64,000 bases of DNA from assembly GCF_964355755.1 (NCBI RefSeq), contig NC_092674.1, positions 20,894,001 to 20,958,000 of the forward strand. The letters are read 5' to 3'. Shown one piece after another: positions 39,876 through 52,774 of this stretch. Position 1 is the stretch's first letter. Every line of letters starts with the position of its first letter. This stretch comes from Antedon mediterranea. Taxonomy: Eukaryota > Animalia > Echinodermata. Under the pieces are notes generated by a model that worked only from the letters and a program-made list of their open reading frames with translations, did not search any database and was not told the DNA's origin. A program made the translations under genes and the position numbers.

Positions 39876-42732
39876 ATGGATTTGTTGAAGAAGTTAGGTT
39901 TTTTAACCTGTGTACTGGTCATTGTTTACAACACTGGTAAGCATAAAATATATACTAATTGTGATTGATTCTTTCCATATACTGATTTTGTGACAGCAAA
40001 TGTCTTGAATTTTGATTATCTATCTATTATATTAATTATCTTTTGACAAACTGGTTTGTCCTATTGCCATGGTGCTTTTGAAAACTTAGTCAACGATCAC
40101 CCATAAACGATGTGGTTGTGGTGCCTCTTATTGTATTGAAACTAAAGAAAGTAAGAAAACTCCATGACTTTGAAATTGTTGATATAATAAGTTTTTTTTT
40201 TCATGTTTCACCCTTAATAATCAATTTCACAATACAAATAATGTTTTCGTGCAACATATTAATATATCCATTGTATTGTGATTATCTTTAGTTTCAGATT
40301 TCATTGATTCTTTTTTATTTTGTGAATTTAGAGCCAAGCTTGGTTAATACATTACACGAACATAACTGTTTTTTGTCAAACATGATGGTCCGTGATAAGA
40401 AAGACTATAATGTTAAAATGGACCGTGTTGTTAACTCTCGTTCTGCCATTCAATGCGTCAGCTTTTGTACTCTTGACCCAACATGCGTGTCTATCCGTTT
40501 TGATGGAATTAATTCATGTGTGATGTACAGCGTCGAAAGCGGTAGTATAGATACTGACAATGGTCAACCTACATACTACGAAATTACCAAGGTATTATGG
40601 CATGTCCAGGGATGTTTTTCTGCTTAATTGCACAAAACAATACGTGATTAACTACAACTATTATATTATAGTGTGCTAATTTTTGTTTCTACTGATACAC
40701 ACAATTATTTTGACATATTGCTCACGTACGTAGGCCTACGTTTGTAATAATGTCGTGGTACGTGAGACCATGCCCGGATTGATTTGGAAGTTTTCTCCCC
40801 GGGTATCAAGCGTGCGAGGCTTGGCTCAAATGAATGCAATATCAAGACCAACAGAAAGACAACAAGTTGTTGATTGCCGTTATCAGACCATTTATTGTGT
40901 ACAACTCCACGTCACTCAGAAAATAAAGAGAACGAAGAAAGGAAAAAACCCTGAAAATATACAAACATAATTTCAATAACAGTCAGTTTATAACTTCACT
41001 CACTTTACCACCGTATTACCACTATACTTAAACACACTGTGTACAAACTGGTTATCATTCAGAACAATACAATCAATTAAACGTCATTACAAATGATTAA
41101 TACCTGAATCAACTTGAATGATGTATTTACTAACTAAGAACGAAAGATCGTACAGCAATCAACCATTTCTCTATAAATTGAAGTAAAGATTTGAGAACAT
41201 TATATGCTTTATTTAAGTTGTATGCATGCAATTTAGTATAATAAATTAACAGGCGAATGATCCGTCTATCATGTAATATAATTCTTTTTACTACTTACAA
41301 TGGTAACTTGAACAACGGCTTAATAATATATATATATAACACGGTAACAAAAATCACATCTTCCTGTGTTTGCAACAAAAGCTTTTCTGACGCGCAGACA
41401 GAAAAACCAGGTAGTTAACCAAAACATCACCTATATGCAAATGCGCCAAACACAATGCTCGCAAAACAACTAGCAGCAAGACACTTATATGCAAATACGC
41501 AGAACGCACACGAACAACAACTGATCCATGACAATAATACATAACAAAATGCGTTAATTTAGTCGGCCTATTCACGCATTAAACCATAATTTACTTCCTA
41601 TCAGAAACAGGCGTGATCTAAGCACAGGGGTTGAGAGATTGGATCCAGTTGGGTTGGTGACAGCTAGGCATTTCGGAGTACCAGGGAAGAGTGAATATTA
41701 TTATTTTAATATTTCATTAATTTTACTCTTCTCTAGGAGTACTGTTTTTGTCGTATGCCTAAATCTATGTATCATGTAACTCTCGCAAGCCTGTAAAAAC
41801 AAGAGTGCGTATTGCGCATTCGCGACATAATTTCTTCCATCTTCATCATTGTCATTTACTATTATTTATTCTTTATATCTAGATAAGAAATCATGAATGT
41901 ACTGGTTACAACAACGAGGAGGTCAAATGCGTTTACCAACATGGACATGAATGCGAAAATATGAGTAAGTTCATTACTGTCATTCACGACGAAGGGTAGA
42001 GGTTTCCGTGTTCAAACAAACATCACATTAAAAACGATTAATGGAGGCTCGCGCTCAAAGTTATAAACTGGTCGTGCGTAATATCATTGTTTAATATCAT
42101 TATCATGTTATGGTTATTCAAATTATGCTTGGTTCATAAGAACACTGTACATTGACCAATTTCGGCGCGATGGTGGATCCCATCTTAACTGTCGCTTCCG
42201 CTTGGTCAACTCACTTGCTTTGCGCCTATACGTCATTGGAAACAAGCTTAATGTAGATTTTGTTTGTTAAATTATTATTATTGTTATGTTATTTTTCTCT
42301 ACAGTCTGCAAACAATATGTTACAACTACAAACAACGAATATCGTTTTGATAACCCAATACTACAAGTAGAAACGACGACAAGGATAGAGTTCAGTGTCG
42401 TTGCTAAAAATGACGTTCACATTGCGTTATCGTCAAGTCCGGAGGTTATGACACCAATGTATGAGATTGTGATTGGTGGTTGGAAAAATACTAAATCAGT
42501 CATTCGCCGCTGTGCGCAGTGTGACATTGAGAAAGAACATAAAGAGACTGGAATACTATCTGTGGATGAGTTTACCAAATTCTGGATATCGTTTGTAAAT
42601 GGATCAATTCGTGTTGGTTTGGTAGGCAGTGACCTTTTCATGGAATGGAATGACTCGAATCCACTTCCTGTCAAATACGTTGGATTCTCAACATGGCACG
42701 GAATCGAAGGAACATTTCAATTTTGCCAGTGA
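39876..42732 (+). CDS. Secreted PAN/Apple + FAMeT (Methyltransf_FA)-domain protein, copy 1; exons 39876-39936, 40332-40591, 41883-41964, 42305-42732; 276 aa
   Basis: Hydrophobic N-terminus MDLLKKLGFLTCVLVIVYNT. PAN motif SAIQCVSFC..DPTCVS..F....CVMY. FAMeT motifs FSVVAKNDVHIALS, YEIVIGGWKNTKSVIRR, GILSVDEFTKFWISF, FMEWND and YVGFSTW. GT-AG introns keep the frame (831 nt). Confidence 0.85.
40751..41533. mobile_element. Solo LTR (Gypsy-type) in intron 2 of copy 1
   Basis: TG..CA ends with a short IR (tgtcgtgg/ccatgaca), 4-bp TSD ATAA, 783 bp. Absent from the paralog (~48045). Confidence 0.8.
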
Positions 42733-42959
42733 AATGTTGTTTTTATTCATATTTATCTTTTTAAAATTAAGCACGGCAGTTGTAAGCTAGGCCTACCTCA
42801 ATCATAATATAAGGAACGCTAGAACAGTAGAATGATAGGCCTGCTTCTGTTTAAAGATATCAATTAACCTTAATGTAACGTTATCTTGTTTATTAATTAT
42901 ATATTTCAACTGGGTGTTAAACTTGGCCTGCTACAATATGGGTTTGCCAGTCGTCGTAG

Positions 42960-44560
42960 TACCAAGGATATTCTTGTAAATGGTTTGTCCTTGTGTGTTT
43001 GAAAAAATTGTGACAACTTGTTGACTGCACTATGAAATACTTTTATGTCGGCGTTTTGTAGTACTCGCTGGAAACGATGAGAAAGCTGGGGTGTCACGAA
43101 AGCTCAGACCACGAAAGCTCAGACCCCCTAAGACCTAAGATCACGAAAGCTAAGACCCAACACCTAAGATTACAATACTAAGATATACTACAGCTTAAAA
43201 ACAATACTTGTTTATCCATACATAATTTTAAACACCGTAGGTTTCATTTATTACCATAAATATAATTTAATACTACCGCAAAACATAGATAAACTCACAT
43301 TATTTTCGCCCGTTGAGTAAATGTATATTTTTTCTTTACAACAAACAAACTTGACGGGTTGTTTGTTGGTATATATTTACTCCATTGTGTTGGTTCAGAG
43401 GATGTTTTTCTTACGCACCTGCCTTTCTTGTATTTTGACTCCAAATTTGTTGACTAACTTTATCCTGAACACCACACTTTAAAATTAGGACTTATAAGTA
43501 CTTTCAGAAGGAGAAACACATAATAACAAATAAATAAATCCTTTAAATTGATGATTTTACAGATGTGTTTCTTTGTATACTGTAATGACAATGTAATTCC
43601 TCGAGCTCCCCATGCTCAATGTTTTTGTTTCTATGGAGCGCCAAAAAAGCAACAATAATAGTACAAGTATAAAAACAGAAAGAAAACGAAACAAAACAAC
43701 TTATCATGATTTTTAAATTAAAATTTATTTGCCAGTATTTATTTCTTCGTACTTGCATGATTATACTATTATCATTACAATTTTAATTTTACATTGTTCC
43801 ATCCACACTGTAGATGGACTCCACAGAGTTTTCAGCCCTCTATATAATTTTTGCTCTTTTGACGTTCCATAGAAACAAAAACATTGAACATGGCCCATGG
43901 GGTAGGCCTACTGTACTGTAGGCTAGTCATTTTGTGTGCGAGAAAAACGTCTGTAAAATCATCAATTTAAAAATGTATTTGTTACTTTTTATGTGATTCT
44001 TTTTCATGAAAGTGCCAATTCTAAGGTGTGGTATTCAGAATAAATGTTGGGAGTTAAAATACAAGGCAGGTGCGAAAGATAAATATTTGTAATCTTAGGT
44101 GTTGGGTCTTAGCTTTCGTGATCTTAGGTCTTAGGGGGTCTGAGCTTTCGTGGTCTGAGCTTTCGTGACACCCGAGAAAGCTGTCCTAAATGTGGTAATC
44201 ATACAGTCTGAATTCTGCAGGATCGCTGTTGTTGGTTGATGATAACTTATTCCTTCCTGTAACCATTGAGTTCGAATGCTTTGTTGACATGTTGTATTTC
44301 TTGTCGAAGACACTTCTTGTCGCTGATGGAGTGCGCTCTTTTGATGACAGTTTTACAAACTGATTTCTTCGTTGACGGGTGGTGGAAAGATCGCTTATGT
44401 AAATATCTGTCCGTACGGTGTGAGTGTGTTTGCGATAAACTTTGTGGGACATAGGGCCCTCTGGTTCCTTTGTGACAAATACGTCATGAGAAATGGTAAA
44501 CTGTGGTCGTTTTCCTCTTCCATGGTGAATGCAATATTTCGATTTCATTTTCATTTATTT
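42960..44560 (-). pseudogene. Penelope-like (Poseidon-type) RT fragment interrupted by a MITE
   Basis: HKVYRKHTHT..DRYLH..HHPSTKKSVCKTVIKRA..FELNGY, and PHLGQLS|HRFQRVLQNADIKVFH..KDK rejoined across the insertion. Confidence 0.8.
43089..44173. mobile_element. Mutator-like foldback MITE
   Basis: ~88-bp perfect TIR gggtgtcacgaaagctcagaccacgaaagctcagacc..., with further internal inverted homology (43540-43636 vs 43867-43970). TSD GAGAAAGCTG (9-10 bp) at 43079-43088 and 44174-44183. Confidence 0.85.
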
Positions 44561-47345
44561 TGTCTCCATAAAAAGACAATATAAAAAACGTGGAAAAAAG
44601 AAAACATCACACAAAACCAGGCAGAGACAGGATTCCTAAAAACTTAATTACTACCTAGTAGGTCTCCTATTGCACTGATCGTATAAAAAAACATTTAGAA
44701 AAAAATTTGTATAAACATTAAAAATGCATATAATACTATGTTGAGAGTTAAGGTGTGATAGAAAACTATAGTCCACCTTGTTGTGCTGCCAGATGATATA
44801 AATAATGTATGAGAAGATTCAAAATAATGGTCAGACGCACACGTTTTAGATAACTATTCAATATTGACATGGAAAACGATTAATAGTAAACTGAAGGTTT
44901 CGATATTTTTATGGTGAATTTATACGAAAATATTGTAAATGAATGCTTTAAATTGTTCTGTTTTTTAAAAATATTAGCAAATTTTAAATAAAAAGGATTA
45001 GAAAATTGATTTGTATTATTTTAGTATTCCAATTCATTATAGGAATGATCCATTTTGATGTGCTGATTTCAACAGTTTGTCATTTTTATTCTTACAAAAA
45101 TTAAGTCTAAGTATATTTTTTTTAGTGCGGGGTTGATAAACTATAACATTAAACTTGTTTTGCTTGTAAATATTTCCCATGTGCCGTAGCACGGTACAGT
45201 AAGCCAAATGTGACGACGTGTTCTGGATGCGAATAACTGTTGTCATCAATAATACATAATTACAAAAGAAACTAAACAAAACAATTTTTATTGAAGAACA
45301 GTTACTGCTATAACATTCTAATTATTTTATAAAAAATAGAGATGTAGTAACTATAATTAATACCTCCGTGAGAGTTTTAAAGGTGTTTTACATAACTGTA
45401 GCCTATGACTATTAAAATGAGTAAGAGAGAACAATTAAATTATCACCATAATAATGTGTATCCATAAAAGAAGTAATTTAATGAAAGTATAGAAATAATA
45501 TTATATCTCTTTATTTATGGAAACCTGCAGTGAAGTTAGACTTTTTTATGTTTTTGTAACTTAATCACCGAAATTTCCAATTGATATTAAGTGATCATAA
45601 TAAAACCACTCGTTTGACGAACATTCGTTTTTGTCCTCTTTTATTTTTGCGTTGAGACCTGAAACGCGCAGAAAATTGATTAGAAATTGATTTTTCGCAA
45701 TATAAAATTTTAATTGCGCGTGCGCGTGTGAAATCTTGCTCGATAAGCCAAATTTTTTTCAATACAAAGTTGACCCCTTATATAAATCGTGATTTTATGA
45801 AGTTTCAATAAAAAATGATTTATCGTTCTGAATTTCTGATTAATCATAGAATTTCATAAAATGACTCGTACGTTACGCTCCGCAAGTCCGGCGCTAACTA
45901 AAGCCTGATTACGACATCTTTGTGGAAAGAATGAAGAATAAAGAAGATGAAAAGTAAAAGATCCTGACAATAATAATATTTTTTAAAAAAGCCTCTTGTT
46001 TTTTCTCCAATTATAGTGTACATAATTTCAAGTATGTACACTATGATCATTCTAAATTAACTTGATCTTCAGCACATTTTAATATAGTTATTATGAGATG
46101 ACAATTATTAATTGGACCTATTTACTCATCCCTGGAGAACGCATGACTGAACATCACAGGCAAGTAGTTCCTCGAAATAAAAGTCGTTTAAATGAGTGAG
46201 CATGGAGCATAATCGGTGTCACTCTGGAGGAATTGAAGCATAATTGTGCAGCCTATAAACAAATTACAGCGCGTCTGTTTGTCTTCAGAAACCTGTTCTC
46301 TCATAAGTAAGTTTGATATTAATTTCACTTATATTTTTACCTGTTTAAGTGAAGATGAAAATAAATGATAATATAAATTAATTTAACAATTCACTTTCAT
46401 TTTTACGAGGTTGTTGAAAAGTTTAGCTAAAATACTCGGGTAGTCAATAAGCGCATTGCATGGATTGGGCATCCTGATAACAATGTTATAACACATTTAA
46501 TTCGTAATCCCTTAATTATGTTTAATTAACATAATAGTTGTGTAGGAAATTGCTGGTATAGTAACCTTATATTGTTTCTTACACGCACTTAGTAATAGTT
46601 GGTCGCGGTGAGCACAAGCATATTTTACAAATCTTAGACTGGATTAGCGTCTATTTTTGCTTATGTCAAGATATTTTAAAAGTGCTAAAGTGAAAAACTG
46701 TTGCTTTATTAATCAAAAATGTTGATCTATGAATTGTATTTCGTCATTAGGTTTTAAGGAAGGTATACGTAAACATCCGATTGGATTATTTGTAAAAACT
46801 TATATAAACTTGTGAGAGACCCGTGTTACTAAACACGTTCGATAAACTCCTGACTCACCGACCAACTTGTTATTTGGTCATTTTTCTTACCCTGACTTTC
46901 TACTCAATATTTATCATTCAGTTTGAAGTTCAGATTTTCTCATCTTTATCTTTTCAGATTTTTCATTCCGTTAAAAAAAAACCTGATTCTTGTAAAGAAT
47001 TATGTCTAACGACAAACGAGAATAAATTCTGCGTTGCATGTTGACGGCAACCTAGTACCATATGGGTTTCTGTAGTAGCATTTACCGTCAATAAATAAAT
47101 TAGTGTTGCACGCAGCAGACACGATATTGCTGGTTTGCGAAACAAATTTAAAAAAAAAATGTGTCTTTCACAGTAGTAAATACAAAGTACAGACGTGGTT
47201 TAATAATTAAAAAAAAAGGTACATCTTTCGTACTTTTATCATAAGTGGTATTTCTTTCCTGATTGTAGAATTAAGTTCTAGAATGTTTTTGATTACTTAT
47301 TTACAACTTGTTTTCTTATTTATTAAGAATAAGTGATACATTGCA

Positions 47346-49410
47346 ATGGATTTGTTGAAGAAGTTAGGTTTTTTTACCTGTGTATTGATCATTGTTTACA
47401 ACACTGGTAAGTATCAAATATTGATATTGAAACTAAAGAAAGTAAGAAAACTCCATGACTTTGAAATTGTTGATATAATAAGTTTTTTTAAAAACCGAAA
47501 CGAGTTATTTCATCATGTTTCACCTTAAAATCAATGTTTCACAATAAAAATAATGTTTTCGTGCAACATATTATATGTCCATTGTATTGTGATTACCTTT
47601 AGTTTCAGATTTCATTTATTCTTTTTTATTTTGTAAATTTAGAGCCAAGCTTGGTGAATACATTACAAGAACATAACTGTTTTTTGTCAAACATGATGGT
47701 CCGTGATAAGAAAGACTATAATGTTAAAATGGATCGTGTTGTTAACTCTCGTTCTGCCATTCAATGCGTCAGCTTTTGTACTCTTGACCCAACATGCGTG
47801 TCTATCCGTTTTGATGGAATTAATTCATGTGTGATGTACAGCGTCGGAAGCGGTAGTTTAGATACTGACAATGGTCAACCTACATACTACGAAATTACCA
47901 AGGTATTATGGCGTGTCCAGGGATGTTTTTCCAAACAATACGTGATTAACTACAACTAGTACTATGGTGTGCTACAATTACATTTCTACTGATACAAACA
48001 CAGTTATTTTTACATATTGCTCACGAACGTAGGCTTACGTTTGTACTAATACGTAACAAAATATGTTAATTTGTCGGCCTATTTACGCATTACACCATAA
48101 TTTACCTCCTATCAGAAACAGGCCCCGTGATCTAAGCACCTGGGTTGGAGGATTGGATCCAGTTGGGTTGGTCATAGCTGGGCATTTAGGAGTACCAGAG
48201 AAGAGTGAAATTATTTTGATATTTAATTAATTTCACTCTTTTCTGGGAGTAGGCCTACTGTTTGCCGTACATACCAGATCGTTGGGTCATCTATGGATGC
48301 TGTAACTACACACACTTACAAACGTAAACATGTCTTAAAGATGTTTTTCTTTTATTTTCTCTTTTGACTTGTTGCACATCTTAATGTTGGACTTTGAAAA
48401 ATGTTATTATGCCGGCCTGGCCATTTTGAGTTTTTTTTTTAGTTTTCGGTGGGCATGTATTATGCTCACAACCAACCATGACTGCGACGGCTGCGTTAAG
48501 CTGCTGTAGTATTTCTGTCATCTTCATCATTGTCGTTTACTATTATTTATTCTTTATACTTAGATAAGAAATCATGAATGTACTGGTTACAACAACGAGG
48601 AGGTCAAATGCGTTTACCAACATGGACATGAATGCGAAAATATGAGTAAGTTAATTACTGTCATTACACGACGAAGGGTAGAGGTTTCCGTGTTCAAACA
48701 AACATCAAAGTCAAAATGATTAATGGAGGCTCGCGCTCAAAATTGTAAACTGGTCGTGCGTAATATCATTGTTTAATATCATTATCATGTTATGGTTATT
48801 TAAATTAATGCTTGGTTCATAAGAACACCCGTACATTGACCAATCACGGCGCGATGGATCCCATTTTAACTGTAGCTTCCGCTTGGTCAACTCACTTGCT
48901 TTGCGCCTATACGTCATTGGAAACAAGCTTACTTTTGTTTTTGTTTGTTAAGTTATTACTAGTTTTATCTATTTTTTCTCTACAGTTTGCAAACAATATG
49001 TTGCAACTGACAACGAATATCGTTTTGATAACCCAATACTACTAGTAGAAACGACGACAAGGATAGAGTTCAGTGCCGTTGCTAAAAGTGACGTTCACAT
49101 TGCGTTATCGTCAAGTCCGGAGGTTATGATACCAATGTATGAGATTGTGATTGGTGGTTGGGGAAATACTAAATCAGTCATTCGCCGCTGTGCGAATTGT
49201 TACAATGAGAAAGAACATGAAGAGACTGGAATACTATCTGTTGATGAGTTTACCAAATTCTGGATATCGTTTGAAAATGGATTGATAAGTGTTGGTCTGG
49301 TAGGCAGTGACCCTTTCATGGAATGGGATGACCCAAAACCATTTCGTTTCAAATACGTTGGATTCAAAACATGGAAGGGAATCGAAGGAACATTTCAATT
49401 TTGTCAATGA
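47346..49410 (+). CDS. Secreted PAN/Apple + FAMeT-domain protein, copy 2; exons 47346-47406, 47643-47902, 48564-48645, 48986-49410; 275 aa
   Basis: Same exon structure and phases as copy 1. Open frame of 828 nt with conserved splice sites. Confidence 0.85.
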
Positions 49411-49781
49411 AATGTTGTTTTTATTCATATTTATCTTTTTAAAATTAAGCACGGCAGTTGTAAGCTAGGCCTACTTCAATCAAAATATAAGGCACGCTAG
49501 AACAGTAGAATGATAGGCCTGCTTCTGTTTAAAGATATCAACTAACCCTGAGGTTATGTTCTTTTTTAATGTCGGTTTGCTTTGATAATTTAATTTTAAA
49601 TATATATATATTACATATAGATTAAATTTCTAAATGCTCATGACCTCTTACTTGTATTTAATCAAATAACTCGACTATATTTCAGATCTTGTTGAGATGT
49701 TAAATGAGGGTTTTGTATACAGTATTATTGGCTGACATGGCGTTTGTTTTGTATTATTACGAACTAGCCCGAACTCTACTA

Positions 49782-52437
49782 CACAGCTAACAATTTAACG
49801 TTAAAATAACGTTATTTGAATGTTACTGTAATACGTTTTTTTAATGTTACAAATTAACGTTAAGTTGACTTAAAAATGTTGACCCTTGTAAACGGTCATT
49901 GAAAGTTTTTTGTCAAGTTTGTTGAAGGTTTAAAATAAAGTTCAAATGAGGTGTTTTTATTAAAACATTCAAAAATAGTTGTTTTAATACTAAATAAGTA
50001 GCTAGCTTGATAGATAGAATTGTACAGATGTAACTGAGTTAAGAAGATTGGCAGATGCTTGGCTTTGGTATACTCAGGCTAATACTAAAGTGGGCCAAGC
50101 GCGCCTAGAAGTACAGATGAGACAGACTAGCCAATCAAATCGTATTTTTCATGAAATAAGATCCTTCATGAGGTCTGCTTGTGAATAATGTACGTGTATA
50201 ACAACTACTGTAGGTCATAGCATAAAACTGTTTGTTTTTCTAATCTGTTGCAACATTTTAATATACTCTACTGAAAAACAGTATCTAATGTCCCATTTTT
50301 GTGAATGTCATTTTAACTTAAGATGGACGTTATCATAACAGTTCTGTTAAGTGCATCTCCTTACATTCTATTACCGATTAAAGTTGTGTACACGGCTTGA
50401 TTCTTTCAACGTTAGATGTATGTTAATGAAAATGTTATATTTTAAGGTTCTAATTGCCGCTCTTTTCAATGTTAAGTTATCTTCTAACGTTATTGTGAAT
50501 GTTAATCGAACGTTAGATGAATGTTTATAAAGTGTTCTCTAATAGATACTTTTACATTTGATTGATACATTTTTAACGTTAATAAAAATGTTATGTACAA
50601 GTCGTATTTTAACATTTTTGTGAACGTTCTTTGTACGTTAGATAAAGGTTTTAGAAATATTTATGTATTTTAACGTTATTATAAAAAGTTAATCTAACAT
50701 TAGATGAACGTTGTTAAAAAGGTTCACCGAAAGTTACTTTTTGAACGTTATTCTGAATGTCCTTCTAATGTTCGATAAACCATTCTGTTTAAGTTAGATT
50801 TAAAACATCATTGTGAACGTTCTTTCAACGTTAGATAAAGGTTTTAGAAATAGTTATGTAACATTTCATTTTAATGTTATTATGAAAGTTAACCTAACGT
50901 TAGATGAACGTTGGTAAAAAGGTTCACTGGAAGTTACTTTTGGACGTTTTTCTGAATTTCCTTCTAATGTTTGTTAAACGTTATTTTTGTATATTTTTGC
51001 TGGGAAATAGCCAGGTGTTTTATTGACAATACTGAAGGTTTTTAATTAATATTAATTTACACATTATTATTATTATACCGTATTTCGTTCATGATACTAA
51101 TTGACATTTTTATCACATCTAATATAATCTAATGAATTTTATTATCGAAGCCGAATAAAAATAAAAATATATATTAAAACTAAGAAATTGTGCTTGCTCA
51201 GAGAATTATTAATTTTCAGAACTAGTGAACGGAAATTACTAATAATAATATATGCGTACCGGTATTAATGTGTATTATACAATTTTTGTTATAATGAAGA
51301 GTTTTATTGAAGAATCGAAGTATAATAAATGTATACATTAATTAATGAATATTACACAAACACTTCAACATAAACTTATTGCAATAAATTGTGTAGATAC
51401 TTGGGTAAATTTTATTTTTGGTGACCTATCTATTAAGGTTCAATATGTTCTAGGAAGCACGTTATTCCATAAAAATAACTCTCACGACATTTATGCTGTA
51501 TTTGACAGTTATTGTAAAATGTACACAAGCCGTGCTTGGAAATTAAGAAATGCAATTGTATTACAACTTTGAACTGTTTTATTTAAAAAAAAAAGTGTTT
51601 TCTTTTCCATTGCTGTTGCAAAATTAGTAGTTGTATATTAGTGTAGTTTTAGTTTGTAAATAAGTTTTGTAATAGCGTCGAGTCAAATTTTATGTCATTA
51701 TCTCAAATATGTTTTATTTTCGTTTCAGTTTTTATTTTTCATTGTTTTTGTATTGAATTTTGTAATTGGTATGGACGCACCATCTACGCATGTGTGCCAC
51801 TGTTAAAAAAGTGTTGTTCCAAAAAAATATTATATTATTATTATGCCAATTTATACTTAAAATATACAAAGATGTACTTTTTTTATCACAAAAAAAATCA
51901 CAAAATGTACACGTCACTTACTTTACTCTTTGAATGTAAAAGAGTGAAAAACCAAATGCTTCACTCTTTAATACCACTCTTTAAAAGGATGACATTCACT
52001 CTAAAAGAAGGAATTTTGGTTCTTTGTAATTTGGAATATGCTGGTTTAATTGAAGTTTAGCAAAGTAGCATTACATTTTAATATTATTATGAAAGTTAAT
52101 CTAACGTTAGATGAACGTTGTTAAAAAGGTTCACTCAAAATTACTTTTGAAAGTTATTCTGAATGTCCTTCTAATGTTTGATAAACGTTATTAAAAGCGT
52201 TCTGTTTAAGTTAGATTTAAACATTATTGTTAACGTTTTTGAGCGATAGATAAACATTATTAAAACAAGTTATTTAATTTTATATTTAAACGTTACTATA
52301 AATGTTCCCTCAACGTTAAAATAATGTCAAACTTTTTTTGAAGGAACGTTATTCGAACGTCACTTGAACGTCCGTAGTGAATCTGACCAAACAACAACCA
52401 AACACTAACGTTAGATAAACGTTATGTGTTTGCTGAG
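49782..52437. mobile_element. EnSpm/CACTA-like (CCCAG-type) non-autonomous element with AACGTT-rich subterminal repeats
   Basis: Degenerate ends cacagctaac / gtttgctgag, flanked by TA on both sides. A further ..tgctggg end at ~51004 suggests nesting. Confidence 0.55.
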
Positions 52438-52774
52438 TACTTGGGCCTATTGCTTTTTATTAGTATTGTCTAAAAGTCGCTTGTCATTGAATTGAAAGGG
52501 ATCCTTTATATTCTTGTTACGAATAAATGAAATACGAACGTGAATCAGTAAGTTGTATATCTTTGTAGTAGAATAGCTCTTTTAAATAACATCATCTTTA
52601 TTCAAAACCAATCAGATTGTTCTGTTTATTTTCTATGTATGTGAAGTTGGTTACTAATTCCTAGTTCCTTATTCAAATTTAATTAAAGGGACAGTCACAA
52701 ATATTTAAAAAAAATATATTTACATGAGAGCTTTGACCTCCTCGACATCTTCCGGTCAAAGGTCTATAACATTG

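Noticed and set aside
42305-42732. Functional farnesoic acid O-methyltransferase enzyme
   Set aside because: The domain name only reflects family membership. No SAM-binding motif is visible and the protein appears secreted.
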